64,000 nt of DNA from the human T2T-CHM13v2.0 reference genome, Homo sapiens, in assembly GCF_009914755.1 (NCBI RefSeq), contig NC_060948.1; one strand, 5' to 3'. The position numbers and the translations under genes are program-made. This document shows, in pieces, positions 14,286 to 28,075 of the stretch (positions are counted from its first letter, which is position 1; every line of letters begins with the position of its first letter). The notes under the pieces are model-generated. The model had not been told where the DNA came from. It did not search any database and saw only the letters and a program-made list of their open reading frames with translations.

Positions 14286-15859
14286 GAGCATAATAAATTA
14301 CATAAAATGCTGAAAAATAGAGTTTTTGCCAGTGATTTCAGAGGCATATAATATAGTATAAAGTCCAAGACTCACATCCACATAGTCATATACCCTAGAT
14401 CAGACCACTGCCCACTCTGGCCCTCCCTCATAACGCATGCACCACTGATAGGTGACAACATACACAGCACATGCAGGGAGCACACAGCACAGGCATGCCC
14501 TAGATGTCAAGAACAGACACAAAAATGCCATTCTGGGTTGCAGTTACATGTGAGTCTTTATAGTGAATATTTTATCAGACACACACAACCCTTCCCATCT
14601 TGTCACCTACACTCTTTTACAGCTTTCTGAAAAGGGAGGCTCAAAAATAACACAGGTTTGAGCTCACATCTGAAGTTGCCTTTAGTTTTGACATGATAAC
14701 ACTTAGCCGCAGGAATTGAAAGCTTTGCCAGGCATTGCTGGATGTTTACCTCCATTTAGGTGCCACGAGGAAAGATCATGTAAACTTCCTGCTGTTTCTC
14801 TTTTAGCAACAGAGAGTTCTTAGAATCCGCGCTGGGACAAAGAATTTGAAGACTTAAAGCTTTGGACCTGGCTCTGTTACTCGGTAGTTATATTATTGGT
14901 CAAACTAGTTGATTTATATTAGCTTCAGCTTCTTCATCTATAAAATGGAGATACTTATATTCATTTATTCATTCTGTAACTACTTACTGAATACCAATTG
15001 TATGCTGGGCACTAGCTTCTGGGCAAACAGCAATGAGTCACACAGGCACTATCCCTTCCTTCTTGCATTTAATGTGCATTGGTTTTACTCAAGGGATAAC
15101 TGAGGTACTCTGAAGAGTTTGTTCTACCCTTCTCAAACTGTTTATACTCAGTTTGAGGAACCACAGCTTGTCCTAAGATCCCTGGCAGGGCTGAGTTGAG
15201 GGGAAGAGGTATTTGTTTATTCTCCTCTGCTATTAGGGGTGATAAGAGGGGAGCTTGAGAAATACTGTAAGAACTCAGCAAATTGTAACCTAAAAAAAAA
15301 TGAAAGAAAGAGGTGGGACCCAGCATTCTAGTAGAAGCAGAGAACAGATTCATCCTTTGGTAGATCTGTTCAGGACAGGGATTTCTGATCAAAGGAGTTC
15401 CATTTGCCTGCATTATCTGTGTTAATGGACTCAGTTCTTTCACTGAGACTGTGCCTATAATTTCACCATTCAGGGAACATAAAGTGCATGGGAGTTAGGA
15501 ATTGGTAAAGTGCATGGGAGTTAGGAATTACTGAGAGAGGTCAGTAAAGCCACATCCCCCACAGATCTTTAGCTGGCTTTTAGTGCTCCCTGAAACCCAA
15601 CCTACCAGGACACTCCAATCCAGCGTCAAAACTTTAAATCACAGATATACATGGGAAGTGAACAAGGAAGGGTCTGCCTGTGAGGAACAACTCAATGGTC
15701 TCTCCAAGAACAGTCAAGTGGTCAGTACGGTGGGGCCAGAGCTGGACTTAAGAAGACCTGGAACTGTGTCTCAGCACTGTCAGCACACTTGCTCCAAGTT
15801 TCATTCCTACTTTCATCTTTTGGCATCATTCTTTTTTCTTATCTGGGGCTAATTTTTTC

Positions 15860-16110
15860 CATGTAGCAGAAAATATGGCCATTGCCACCTTCTGAGTTTT
15901 CCTGCTAATAGCTTAATCACTGGAGGTACAATGTCTAAACTTTCTGATTATCCAAAGCAATATATCCCAGGGAAGGGCTCTGATTGGCCCAGCTTATGTC
16001 AGATGTCCACTTCTGGGCCAACTGGCTTTGACTATGGTACATGATGGCTCCTTGGAAATCATCCAGTAGGATTGCAGGAACAAAGAATCTCTCAACAGAA
16101 GAATTTCAAG
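15860..16110. mobile_element. Old MaLR LTR fragment (MLT1K/L-like)
   Basis: atcccagggaagggctctgattggcccagctt...tccacttctgggccaa. Confidence 0.5.
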
Positions 16111-17094
16111 GCAGGCACAATAAATATTTAAATATCTATCACGTACATTCATCAACTAGTATGAAAATCTGAAATTTGCTCATGATTCACACATACTAAA
16201 ATGAAGAAGGGGATATAAGGCAAATGTTATATAAGGCAACTGGTATTTATGCCAAACAAAACTACCCAAGTAAGTCCACATCTATTTTCATCAAAATGGT
16301 TTCAGTGTCTGTGTTCTAGTTTATTTGTCTGCATAGATACAGCATTCCTCTACTTTACAGAGGATATCTGTGCATATCTCCTTCAGGTCTGCTCAACATT
16401 GTTCATTAAGAGCACTTTTTGGAATCACCAAGCAACTCCCAACTATTCCACTACACAGAGTAGTTTGTCACAGTAGATGCATGTCCAGACCAGGAGGGCA
16501 CAGTACAAAGATTCAACATGCTGGAGCAGTCAGGAGTCACCTCTGGCAGATTTTCCTTGCCCCAGAACATCCCAATGTCTCCCAGTGTATGCCCATCAGC
16601 AGAATTCAACATATGTGTGGTTGTCTGTGCTGAGAACAGGATTCTGGAGCAAAGAAGACCTTGGCTCATGAGAACTACCATCATTCAAATAGGACCACTT
16701 AGGAAGAGAATTGGCAGGAGAATCTGCCACCCCCGTCCAAGGTTGCAAGACACCCAGGCTTCCATTAAATACTGCTGCACATCTACAAGGATATGGATTA
16801 ATCAAACATCAAAACATTATGTTAGCAAAGCATTTAAAGAGAGTTTTGTCACTGTCCTATGGGAGTCAAAGAATGTGTGCCAGTCTTCCCAGTCTGTTAG
16901 TTCTGTGGCTGCCAAAATCCATGATTGGTAACCATGAATTTAACCTTATCCACAGGTAAAATCTGTGCATACGGAAATGTTTTGGGAGAAGGATTCCTAT
17001 GAGAAACAGGGCTAGCAAAAGTGAAAAAATGAAAAAGACTCAGAAGTTACTCAGGGAAGAGCAAATGTTCAGTGTGCTTTCACTGAAAATCTGC

Positions 17095-17340
17095 AGTTAT
17101 AATTTACTGAGAGTTTATTGTATGCCCAACACTGTTTTAAAGGATGTTCATGGATTAACTCACTTAATCCTTATAATAACAATAACAATAAGTATTAATT
17201 TTTATCCCTATTTTCCAGATTAAAGAACTGAGGCACAGAGGTGTTGGACAACTTCTCCAAAGTCAGACAACTAGTAAAGGGCAAGTAGGATTCAAACCTA
17301 GGCAGCTGGCTCCAGAGTCTGTGTTACTACCTGTTACACT
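17095..17340 (-). mobile_element. MIR SINE
   Basis: atttactgagagtttattgtatgcc...cctattttccagattaaagaactgaggcacagag...ggattcaaacctaggcag. Confidence 0.8.
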
Positions 17341-17724
17341 ACTCAGTGCTGTATTCACAATATTCCTACACCATAAGCTGTACTGGGAAATACCAGGGCT
17401 AGATGGCAGAGTCTTGCATCTTTAGAGTATGAACTTTTAATTCTGAAGGTGATGAGATGCCATCATGACTTCTGAGCAAAGTGACATAATTAAGCCTGTC
17501 CTAAGGAAAATGAATCTGCCCACAGGATGTGGTATGGATTGAAGTTAGGGTTGGTAAGACAGTGAGGAGACAGGAGGCAAGGGGCATGGCTGGGGCCTGG
17601 AAGTCAGTGCAGAGCTCACGGGAAAGGTCAGAAGAGCCTACATTTCCTATGGGAAGGGATGTGAGAAGTCCATGGGAGACCAAAAGTAGAGGCAGCAGTC
17701 TGTGATATACCATGGCACACTGAT

Positions 17725-17822
17725 TTGCCAAACAATTGAACCAAAGGGTGAAATAATAATCATGCTCAGATGACAGGCATGAACAGGGACTGTCTGAGCA
17801 AGCTGGGATATATGATCACCTG
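17725..17822. mobile_element. MER94-like hAT-Blackjack element
   Basis: gatgacaggcatgaacagggactgtctgagcaagctgggatatatgatcacct resembles the MER94 terminal inverted repeat. Confidence 0.5.
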
Positions 17823-18374
17823 GTTCAACATGATCAGCAGCAAAGACCCAGAAAGCTGCTTTAAGAGGCACTCAGAGGACTGTTCCTTCTCCTCTTTCCT
17901 GTCCAGCACATGACCCACTGCTTCCATCACTCTCCTGCTATTAAATCCTTCGCTTTCTCTGTCTGACACCCCCTACAAATGTCGCATCCATCCAATCCAC
18001 CTAGGATCACAAGAAAGAAGACTCAAGGTCTCCCATTGAGGCTGAGGCCACATGGCCATCCTGCAGTGGCTTGCTTCATCCCTGACCAGCTGTCTTGTGC
18101 TTCGCCAGCTTTCTTGTGTCTTTCTCCCTTCTCCTGGACCCCACCCTCTCCCCACTTTCCTACCATTCTCCAGAGATGACTTAAAGAAAAAATCAAGGTC
18201 AGAAGCTGAGAAGCCCATCCCCATGTCCTCTTCTGGCCCTCCACTCTTTGTCCCCATCATCAGTGGGATCTGGTTAAGTCAAAACCTAGGCCATGGGGCT
18301 CACGTTTTCTGCCACCCTGGAAGACCCAACTCTACTTAGGATCAGATCATTTCTCTTTTCTATATCCTTGGTCT

Positions 18375-18379
18375 GTCTG

Positions 18380-18423
<44 letters not shown>

Positions 18424-18448
18424 CCTCTCTCTTTCTCTCTCTCTCTTT
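18375..18448. repeat. (CT)n microsatellite within an L2-like region
   Basis: Interrupted CT run read directly. Confidence 0.95.
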
Positions 18449-20594
18449 CCTGGCTCCTTCCACTCAGCATACAACTAAATTCAAGCTATCTTAAAAAAAA
18501 AAAAAAAAAGAAAAAGAGGAAAGAATCCAACCAACAACAGAAGAAAGTAAGCCTTGGCCACCCACCTCTGCCCCACTGACTCTACCTCCACTCAATCTCT
18601 GGCTTCTGTACTGCCTCCCACAGGCAGCTCCCCACAGCCCTCCTGTGACCTCCATGAAGCCAAATCTCACAGGATCTTCAGCCCTCACTACCCCATCCTC
18701 TGTGGCACCCCATGCATTCTCTCCCCCTGGAGATGCTCTTCCCTGGCCTCACCACTACCCTCCTGCTCCTGGTTTTCTTCCTGCTGGTTTTCTCCCTGCC
18801 TGCTGGCCTACATACAGCCCTCACAGCAGCCAGGTTGGTCTCTGAAAGATGTGAGCCAGTTAAGGCTGCTTGTTTTAACTCTTCAATAGTGTCCCATTTA
18901 GAATAACATTCCCAAACTGAAGTTGGCCCACAGAGTCCAACAATACTTGCCCCTGAACTGGGCCTTGCCCACCTCTCAGGCCACATCCCAAACTCCTGAC
19001 ACCTTCACAAGCCTTTGTCTTATTTTTTTTTTTTTAACCAAAGTTTGTTCCCATCAGGGGGCCTCAGCACTTTGAAGATCCCTGTTTGGGGTGCTGTTCC
19101 CCCTTCCATCTCCCTACAACTGGTTTTCCTAGCTAGATGAGAGCTCTATGAGAACAGAAATTTTGTCAATTTTGCCTCCTACTTGGTCCTCAGCATCTAG
19201 AACTGTTCCTGGTAAACAGTAAGTACTTAGTGGGCATTTATTAAAGGAATGAATAGGTATGAGATTAAATTGGCAGTATCTGAGGTTACCGCCAAGTGGA
19301 AACATCTATGAGTCTACAATTTCAAGAAACAGCCATCTGGGGGGAATAATGTTTTGAAATTATATTCATCTGAGATGCAGAAAACTTGCACTTCATTTGC
19401 TACTCCTATCATCTTAACAGTGAAGAAAACTGAGGCCTAGAGACATTAACAGGGTTGCAGCTTCAGAGACATGTCTCAAGAAAGCATTGCTGTTAAAATG
19501 TGAGGTTCTTGGGTTTTCAGTCCACTTCTTAGGAAACCAAGTCAGTCTTCCCCTCAGGAGAAAGAAAGAGGCAGCAATAAGCAATTTGTTAACATCAGTG
19601 TTTCTTATCAGGTAAAAAATCCCTCATAATCAGGCATACCCACAGGCCTTCTTTCACAAAGGCACGAAGATGAGGCAATATAGGTCCCAAAAAACAAAAC
19701 AAAGCAAAACAAAACAGCATTTTGGAGTTGCTGAGATTGACAACCCTTGTTTTATACTTTGGTAATACCAGTGAACTTGGAATTACAAGCCTGTCATTAA
19801 GAACTCAAAGGTTCATTAAGACTCCCAGGAACATTCTGGAAAACCAGCATTAGAGTCTCCATTGAAATCAAAGCTCAGCACAACAGTTAAATGAGTGAAT
19901 CAATGAGTTTAAAGAATTTAACCAGGAGCAGACGTTTCTCTTCACACCACACTGCTTTAACATCCAGTATTCATGACTTTTTTACCCCCACCATTCCCTG
20001 ATATACACAGGCTTCCAAAGCATTAATGAAATGCACTATAACAAAATGTTGACATGGTGCCATTGGGTATTGTCATCCTAGTTTTAACCCTTTGTTAAAA
20101 AAAAACTTTTCAATTCCCATGACTCCAGAGTAACAAAAATATAACAGGGTCCTAACGACATTTGAAACTCCCATGGTAAATGAGTACTTAGGAATGGTTT
20201 TCATTACCATGTGCTAAAAAAAATAAAATAATGTTTTATTGTTCTTTTGGAGCAATAAAACATTCTCTACCCTGGAGAACCATGGGATGGTTTTTTTTTT
20301 TTGGAAAATGGAAATGATTTGAGAGAGTTTCAGAGCACATGAAGATATGTGATCCCACTGAGTAACAAATAGGAGGTGGGGTTTTTTTGGAGCAGGAGGG
20401 AAGGAGCAGCTTTACATTAACAACTACTGAGAATTATAAATTTAAAGATTATCTTCAATGGCCAATAACTCTTATATTCAATACTGAACTTGTTTCCACT
20501 TCTTGCCTTCATTTTTATTTTTTACATATTCTCCAAGTTTTCTCCTAGCAGAAGAATGAACCAGAAATGAACATAAGCATGTCGGAATTCATGT

Positions 20595-21095
20595 ATGTGG
20601 CAGACTTTATTTTCCAAAGATGGCCACAACAATATCTCTTGTTCCACATGGTCTGCTAGAACTTTGCCATTCCTCCATCAAGAGTTGGAACCCATGTCCC
20701 CTCTACTTGAACCACTATAGGTCTTTATGATGGCCTCAACCAATGAGTAGCTGAAAAAGACCATTATGTGACTTCCACAGGATAGTCATCAACATTCCAT
20801 GAACTTTTCCCTTCTTCTCTTGTGATGTTTGCTCTTAGAACTCAGTTGCCATGTTTTGAGGAATAGCAGTCTGTGGAGAGGCCTACAGTAAACACCAACT
20901 TGCCAGCCATGTGAGTGTTTCATCTTGAAAGCAGATCCCCTAGCTACCACCAAACTACCAGTTGATACCATGAGAAATGGAGATTAGGTGCCTCTGCCAA
21001 GTCCTGCCCAAGTTGCAGATCTGTGAGCAAAATAAATAACTGTTATTGTTTTAAGCCAAAATGTTTTGGGGTGATTTTTTACACAGCAATAGACA
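20595..21095 (+). mobile_element. MaLR LTR (MLT1G/H-like)
   Basis: Starts tgtggcagactttattttccaaagatggccacaaca and ends aataaataactgttattgttttaagcc...cacagcaatagac. Confidence 0.8.
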
Positions 21096-21590
21096 TCTTC
21101 TAAAATAAAGTAATCATCACTAATCTGTAACCATAGGAAATACCAGACTGCAATAATTTTGTAAAATGTAAAATCTATAATCCTTTATAAAAGATGCAGT
21201 TAGCAGCACTCTCAAATACACAGAAATGTAAACAAGGTTAACACAAAAACTCTCAAGAAGTGAGCCTTCAGAGATCTGCTTTAATTAAGTCGTAAAACAA
21301 TTTGTAATTAGCCTCTCAGTTTGTGATGGTTCATACAAACTGCTGGAACAAGCAGGTACCCTTGAGGTAAATAAACAGTGCCCCTGCAGAATGGCTTACA
21401 TTATTAATTGGCTTAGCAAACCTGTAGGCAAACTTAGGCTTAATTATTGTTTATCACGAGTTACAAATGTGCAGAGCATAAATTAATAATGATGCTTTAC
21501 TATTCAAAAGTGACACAGAAAGATGTCCACATTCCCAGGCACTATCAGAGTCAGAAAGGGTCACAGAGACTCCTGTGCTTTTAACTTAAA

Positions 21591-21592
<2 letters not shown>

Positions 21593-21633
<41 letters not shown>
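21593..21633. repeat. (CA)n(TA)n compound microsatellite
   Basis: Read directly. Confidence 0.95.
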
Positions 21634-21634
<1 letters not shown>

Positions 21635-23785
21635 GAAACAATTTTGGAAACGAAATGATGAATAGTTCCATCAAAAATCTAACTTTATTTCCACTAGGAA
21701 TATATTTAAACATTTTCTTTTAAAGTTTTTCCATCTCTTCAGGTGTTTTCCATCTGACTTCTATTCCCTGTATCCTCCATGTGACAACCTTTTTCTTTCT
21801 GAAGACTCTTTCTTTCTAAAAGCTCCTTTGACTGCTGTTGCACAATAACATCCCTACTGTCCCACCAATATCACCACTATCACACTTAACAAGACCATCA
21901 CTAGTACCCCAATGAATAACGCCTCTATCTCCCTCATCCCTAACATCCACACTACCCAACTCCCCCCAGCTACCTTTTCAAAATTAGGAATGCTACCATC
22001 AGGCTAACAGAATGAAGATCCAGATTGGAAAGTAATGATTTAGACGGGAAACCTCAGTTTATACTATTTTCTCATATTTCTTATGCTAAAATTATAATAA
22101 TGAATTATTAAAATGCTTGAATCTTTTGTCCAACTTACATATCCTGGGTTATTTGTACAGAATACAGTACCACCCCTGTAATGGTAATGTGCCTTTTTTC
22201 TCATTCTTTTAAACAATAAGAAGTCAAAAGTCATCCAACAAATGAATCATTTAAAGTTTAGATTTTTATCACAACTTTTTTCCATGGAGTGAAAGAAGGC
22301 AATGTTTATTTTTAATCTTAAAAGGAAAACAAATGTTGTAAAAATAGTTGCCATTATTCTGAGCTCCCATTAAAGTTGTTAGTTAAATGGGAGGACAAGA
22401 ATAGTTACCAATCAATCAACAAACATTGCCATATTGGATGAAGAACAGAGGGAATACTAAGAGACATGCCCAGTTAAATTCACAAAATGATGGTATATGG
22501 CACCAAAACTCAGCACACCATTAACGTAAACCTGAATTAATCAAATAAGTCTCTTTGACAATGAAAGGGAAGTCATTTAAAAGCTGAACTGACCATAAAC
22601 TCACAGAATATCAGAGCTACAGGCAATCTTAGAGATTATCATTCTAGTGCAAAGGTTTTGTTTTATGGAAAAGAAAGTTAAGAATTTCAGAAAGAGAAAC
22701 ATCCCACCTAAATGGCTAAGTTATTAGGTAGTGGGTTTCTTTCACTGGAATCAGGAGAATACTCTGGAATTGGGTTTAAAATTCCATATTTCTTCTTGAG
22801 GAGGCAAGTCAGTTTCAGTAATTGAGTATCTAATGTCCAAGTGCTTTCTCCCATTCCTGCAGTGCCCTCTAGCCAACTTCAGCCCACTGACTCTGATCCT
22901 AGTGTAATCTGGTTCTTTGAGTGGGAATTCTCCCAAAGGCAGAAAAGGGAAAACCTTATGTGGGTTGTAATTCTGCACACTGATTCTCAACACCCTCAAA
23001 AAATATTCTACATCACCACAAGCAATAAAAATGAAACCTTCCAGTGTCAGGGAAAGATACAGCAGGCAGCTTAACTGCCTGACAAGATACATTCCATTTC
23101 TCAGATGAGACACCCACCCTCACATGCCACGAGGTTAGTTCAGATTCCCACACTCATTATCTGTGCTGGATCCCAGACAGGAGGCGTCAATGATGGGGGA
23201 TATTCAGCACTTCTAAACACACAGATGGGAAAGTTCAACCTGTGCTATAAACCAATCAGCTGCCACATCTGTTTACTGATGGTGCCTAATTAACTTAAAA
23301 CATGTTCCAGCTCATAAACCTTTACATATATTTAAGTATATATTACATACATACATAAAAGTTATATGTGCATATAAATATATGTACATGAATACATATA
23401 TATGTATATGTATGCATCATACATAAAAATCTGGAAATTTTCCTTGTGATGACAGCAAATTCCATATTTGTAAATGTGTCTGCAGGGAGTATGAAGCATT
23501 AACAGTTGATATCCCACCCTCACAAGTCACTTCCATGGAAAGTTTTTCAACAAGTCTCAAACACCTAAAACACTGAAAAAAATCTACTTGGAGTTGCAAA
23601 AAAAGAAAATGTTAAGAGTCTCCTAGTCCTCTGTACTTCATCTTCATTGCATCACCATTCAAAGCATCTGTTCCCATATAATTCTGAGTCCCTGCAAGCC
23701 TTGGACACTCACAGGTTCTTGCTCTTTCATTCTATAAACATGCACTGAGCACATGCTAAATAACCCATTCTGAGCTCAGCATCAG

Positions 23786-23817
<32 letters not shown>
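23786..23817 (+). repeat. Pure A32 tract
   Basis: Read directly. Confidence 0.95.
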
Positions 23818-23820
<3 letters not shown>

Positions 23821-23827
23821 TTGCAGC

Positions 23828-24161
<334 letters not shown>

Positions 24162-24839
24162 CTAAGTAAAACCAATAACGTGTCTTAAGAGATGAAAGAA
24201 CTTTAGGTAAAAGAAAAATAGAGGATACTAAAGGGAATCCAAAATACCAAGGTAAGAAGTGGCAGGAGGCAAGTTGCTCTTTTAAAGATAGGTGGGAAGG
24301 TAGGTACACTGAAGTAACCTGGAATGAAGATTTGAAGGGGATGAAGGAGTCAGCCAAGCAGATATCTAGGGATAGATGCACCCATAGACATTATGTTCAC
24401 TGCCAAGAGTGAGACCAATATTCAGTAACTACACCATGAAACTCCAGTGCACATAAGCTGGAAAGTGAAAAAGACCATTTATAAACAGTCATACACTATA
24501 CAGCCTACATATAACCTGGTGATCTCCTGGATTTTAGCCCCTAAAATGTTATTTCTAAAAAATGAGGGAATTGCTCTAGACATGTATACACTTTCAAGAT
24601 CTCTCACAATTTAAGGACTCTCTTGGTTACTTTATTTTAAATAACAAGATGCTTATTGGGGAAAAGATATTAATCAGAGGTAGTTTGGCACATTTGTTGA
24701 AGTAAGCTGATGGACTTCATTTTTTTAAGGAGTAAATTAAATCTAAGAACAATTTAAAATAATTCCTACAACATGGGAAACAATTTGAAGTGCTATAGTA
24801 GGCAATCTTCCTAATGATGGTTTTAAAAAAGCAATGCAG

Positions 24840-25140
24840 GGCCGGGCGTGGTGGCTCATACCTCTAATCCCAGCACTTTGGGAGCCTGGGATAGGAGGAT
24901 CTTTGAGGCCAGGAAAGGCATTTGAGTCCAGTCTTGGTAACACAGCATGACTTCATCTCTATAAAAAAAATCTTTAGAAAATTACCTGGGTGTGGTGCTG
25001 CATGCTCGTAGTCCTAACTATTTGGGAGGTTGAGCGGGGAGAATGGCTTGAGGTCAGGGTTTGAGGCTATTGTGAGGTATGACTGCACCACTGCCTCCAG
25101 CTTGGGCAACACAGTGAGACCCTGTCCCTTAAAAAAAAAA
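24840..25140 (+). mobile_element. AluJ-type SINE
   Basis: Dimeric Alu; target-site duplication aaaaaagcaatgcagg / aaaaaagcaagcagg. Confidence 0.9.
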
Positions 25141-25149
25141 GCAAGCAGG

Positions 25150-25470
25150 AATTCTACACACAAATGAACACAAAGGAACCACTGTGACATGAATGAATCT
25201 CACAGACACAGTGCTGAGCAAAAGATATCATTTATACAAACAGGCGAAACCACCCTTTGGTGTTAGAAGTTAGATAGAGGTTTCCTTTGGAAGGGGAATG
25301 GGGAATTGCAGGCGTGGCTACAGGAAGGGTTCAAGCTGTTGCTCCTGCTCTATTAATATTTGTTGACTTGAGTGTTAGCTACCCAGGTGTGTTCATTTTG
25401 TGCTAACTCACTGAGCAGTACACTTATGATTTATGCACTCTCCTGTATTGATGTTATCTTCAATAAAAAG
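25150..25470 (+). mobile_element. Ancient L1ME 3' end
   Basis: catgaatgaatctcacagacacagtgctgagc...gtacacttatgatttatgcact...caataaaaag. Confidence 0.65.
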
Positions 25471-27356
25471 AGCTGTTTTCTTTCTTTTTTTTTTTTCAGA
25501 GCAATGTGAAGTGTTTCCATTACGGAGATTTCTTATTGACATGAGCTGGACAAGAAAAAAAATAACTATCCTAATGTTATGTGAATGAGCACTTTTGACT
25601 CAGGACAGAGTTTCCACAGATGCATGATTTATGAACATTTGAAGTGCTGAATCCCAAACAATTTGGATGATAGTAAATAGAATGAGCTTGAAACTGTGTT
25701 AGATGGCCCCAAAAATCATGCTGGTGATGATAAAACCAACCAAGTGCAACAATGCGTGAAAAAAAAGTACAGAAATAAAATTATTCCATGAGATATAAAC
25801 AAGGGAACAGCACCATTTCCAAGTTTATACAATTTATATAATTTAAAATATGCATGTGCAACTAAATTAATAATATTATAAGCAGAAATTAATTATTTCA
25901 AATATATTCCTAAAATGCTATATGCCAAAGCTGGCCTCAAACTTTTTAAGATTTTTTCATGGGAAAAATAGGAGATTGTCTTTTAGATCTTGGCAAACAT
26001 GTCATATGTTGTTCTGTGCTCTGCATCCCCTTATAACTGAGAAGACTCAATCAAAAATGCTTTCTGTCAACTTAGAAAACATGAAAAACTGAAAATTGTT
26101 TAAGTGAATAAATTCTGCAAAAATATGCTGTCCAAGATAGTAGCCATTAGCCATATGTGGCTATCAAGCACTTAAAATATTGGAGTGCCTCAAAGCTGTT
26201 CCCTCGGTGAAGGATTAGCTCCAGGCCTCGCCGCCCAGGTCCTGCTGTTGGAAATTGCCTCATCCTGCCTGTGGGAGAAAGCCACACTCCCTGCTGTTGC
26301 CCAGGCAAGACATTTCTACAATGATTTTTTCCCAGAATTCAGATCATAGGGTAAATTCCACCTCTAGGATGTCCCTATACAGGTTGATTATTTGCAGCAT
26401 TCCAGAGATGGCTCTATTTCTACAGAAAGCTGCATGAGTTATAAAAACACTTGTGTTCTCATGCTTATGCACAGGTGAACAAAAGCTAATCCCCGCCGCC
26501 ACCAGTTTCTTAAATAATAATCTGAATTCTACCAGATTAGAAAGAGCCTCCCTCATCCTAGTAAAATTACCAGCAATTCTGTCCTCAGAGATCATCTGGC
26601 TCCCGGTCTATGGGCCTTAGATCCTTTATACATGAGCGACTGCTCCTAGAGGCCCCAGAGCCTGAACACTCAATACATCTTGAAGGGAGGGTGGCAGGAA
26701 AGAAACAAATCTCCATTAAAGGGACAACCCAATCACTTCGCTGTTCTACAAAATTCTTCTCAACAGCTTCCCGCTGCTTTTACAGCCCAGTCCCAGCTGT
26801 CTCTGGCCTCTTCTCCTGACCTTCACTCTCCCTCTGACGTTCTTTTGATTCCTGTCACTGCTTCCTGCCTCAGGCCCTCTTGTATGCTGTTCCCTGTTTA
26901 GAGGACTCCCCAAACTGCCCAAGCACAGCCACATCGCCAAAGACACCCATTCATCCTTCCCATCTCAGCTCCAGGTAACTTCCTGATCCCACACTAGGAA
27001 GGGAAGGGGACTGGCAGTAATGAAGATTCGCAGATAAGACATAGATAAGAGGAAGGTGGGATCTGGGAAGTCACACCACCTTGAGGGTTTGAAAGGAGTC
27101 CTGGCACGAGCCTGCAGGTCTCTCAGTTGTTAACCCCACTCCAGCTTGAAAAGACAGGACCCAGGCTCCTACATGCCTGGGGAACAGGGGCTAGCCACCT
27201 TGCTCTAGAGTCAGTTCTGGAGTGGGCCACTCCCCAGTGGGGCTGCCAAAGATTTAGGTCATGGCTCCTGCATGGCCTCTCGAGTGTGGCTGATTTGCCC
27301 TAAACCAGCTCCCCGACCATTCACTCAGGTGGCCACCATGCCCGGCCAGTGATCAC

Positions 27357-27465
27357 CTTCTTAATGAACTCTGGTAAGAGCTTCTGGTCTGTCAGGTGGT
27401 CTAAGGAGGAACAGCAATCTAATTCCAAGATGTAGCCTTCATTGTGAAGATCTGTTTTCTGAGAC
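27357..27465 (-). pseudogene. RFTN1P1: RFTN1-like exon 4 (109 bp) with non-canonical acceptor (AT)
   Basis: Translates SQKTDLHNEGYILELDCCSSLDHLTDQKLLPEFIKK. Donor is AAG|gtgatc; acceptor reads tttctttcacttcat|G. Confidence 0.95.
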
Positions 27466-27515
27466 ATGAAGTGAAAGAAAAGCATGCACACACACAGATT
27501 AATATTTTGCATAAA

Positions 27516-27798
<283 letters not shown>

Positions 27799-28018
27799 TT
27801 GGATATTTTTTTTTTCAAAGAATCACTGGGTCTTTAATGAAGACCCAAATTCTTTCCTGAAAGTAATGTCAAAAAGGCACTGAAGAAAAAGTGTTTCTAG
27901 AAACAACTCAAGTAATATATACAGATATGCATCATAGAAAGATCTCCAAGATGTAGCATCATGTATAACATATCATTATAGAATGATGGGTTTGGTACTA
28001 TATAGCTTATATGTTATC

Positions 28019-28075
<57 letters not shown>
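28019..28075. repeat. (CT)n microsatellite
   Basis: Read directly. Confidence 0.95.

Noticed and set aside
16518-16931. 137-aa ORF and overlapping ORFs in non-repeat sequence
   Set aside because: No recognisable domain, splice structure or codon bias; length is compatible with chance.
26344-26595. 83-aa minus-strand ORF in slightly CpG-richer sequence
   Set aside because: No similarity to raftlin or any family I recognise, and no flanking exon signals.
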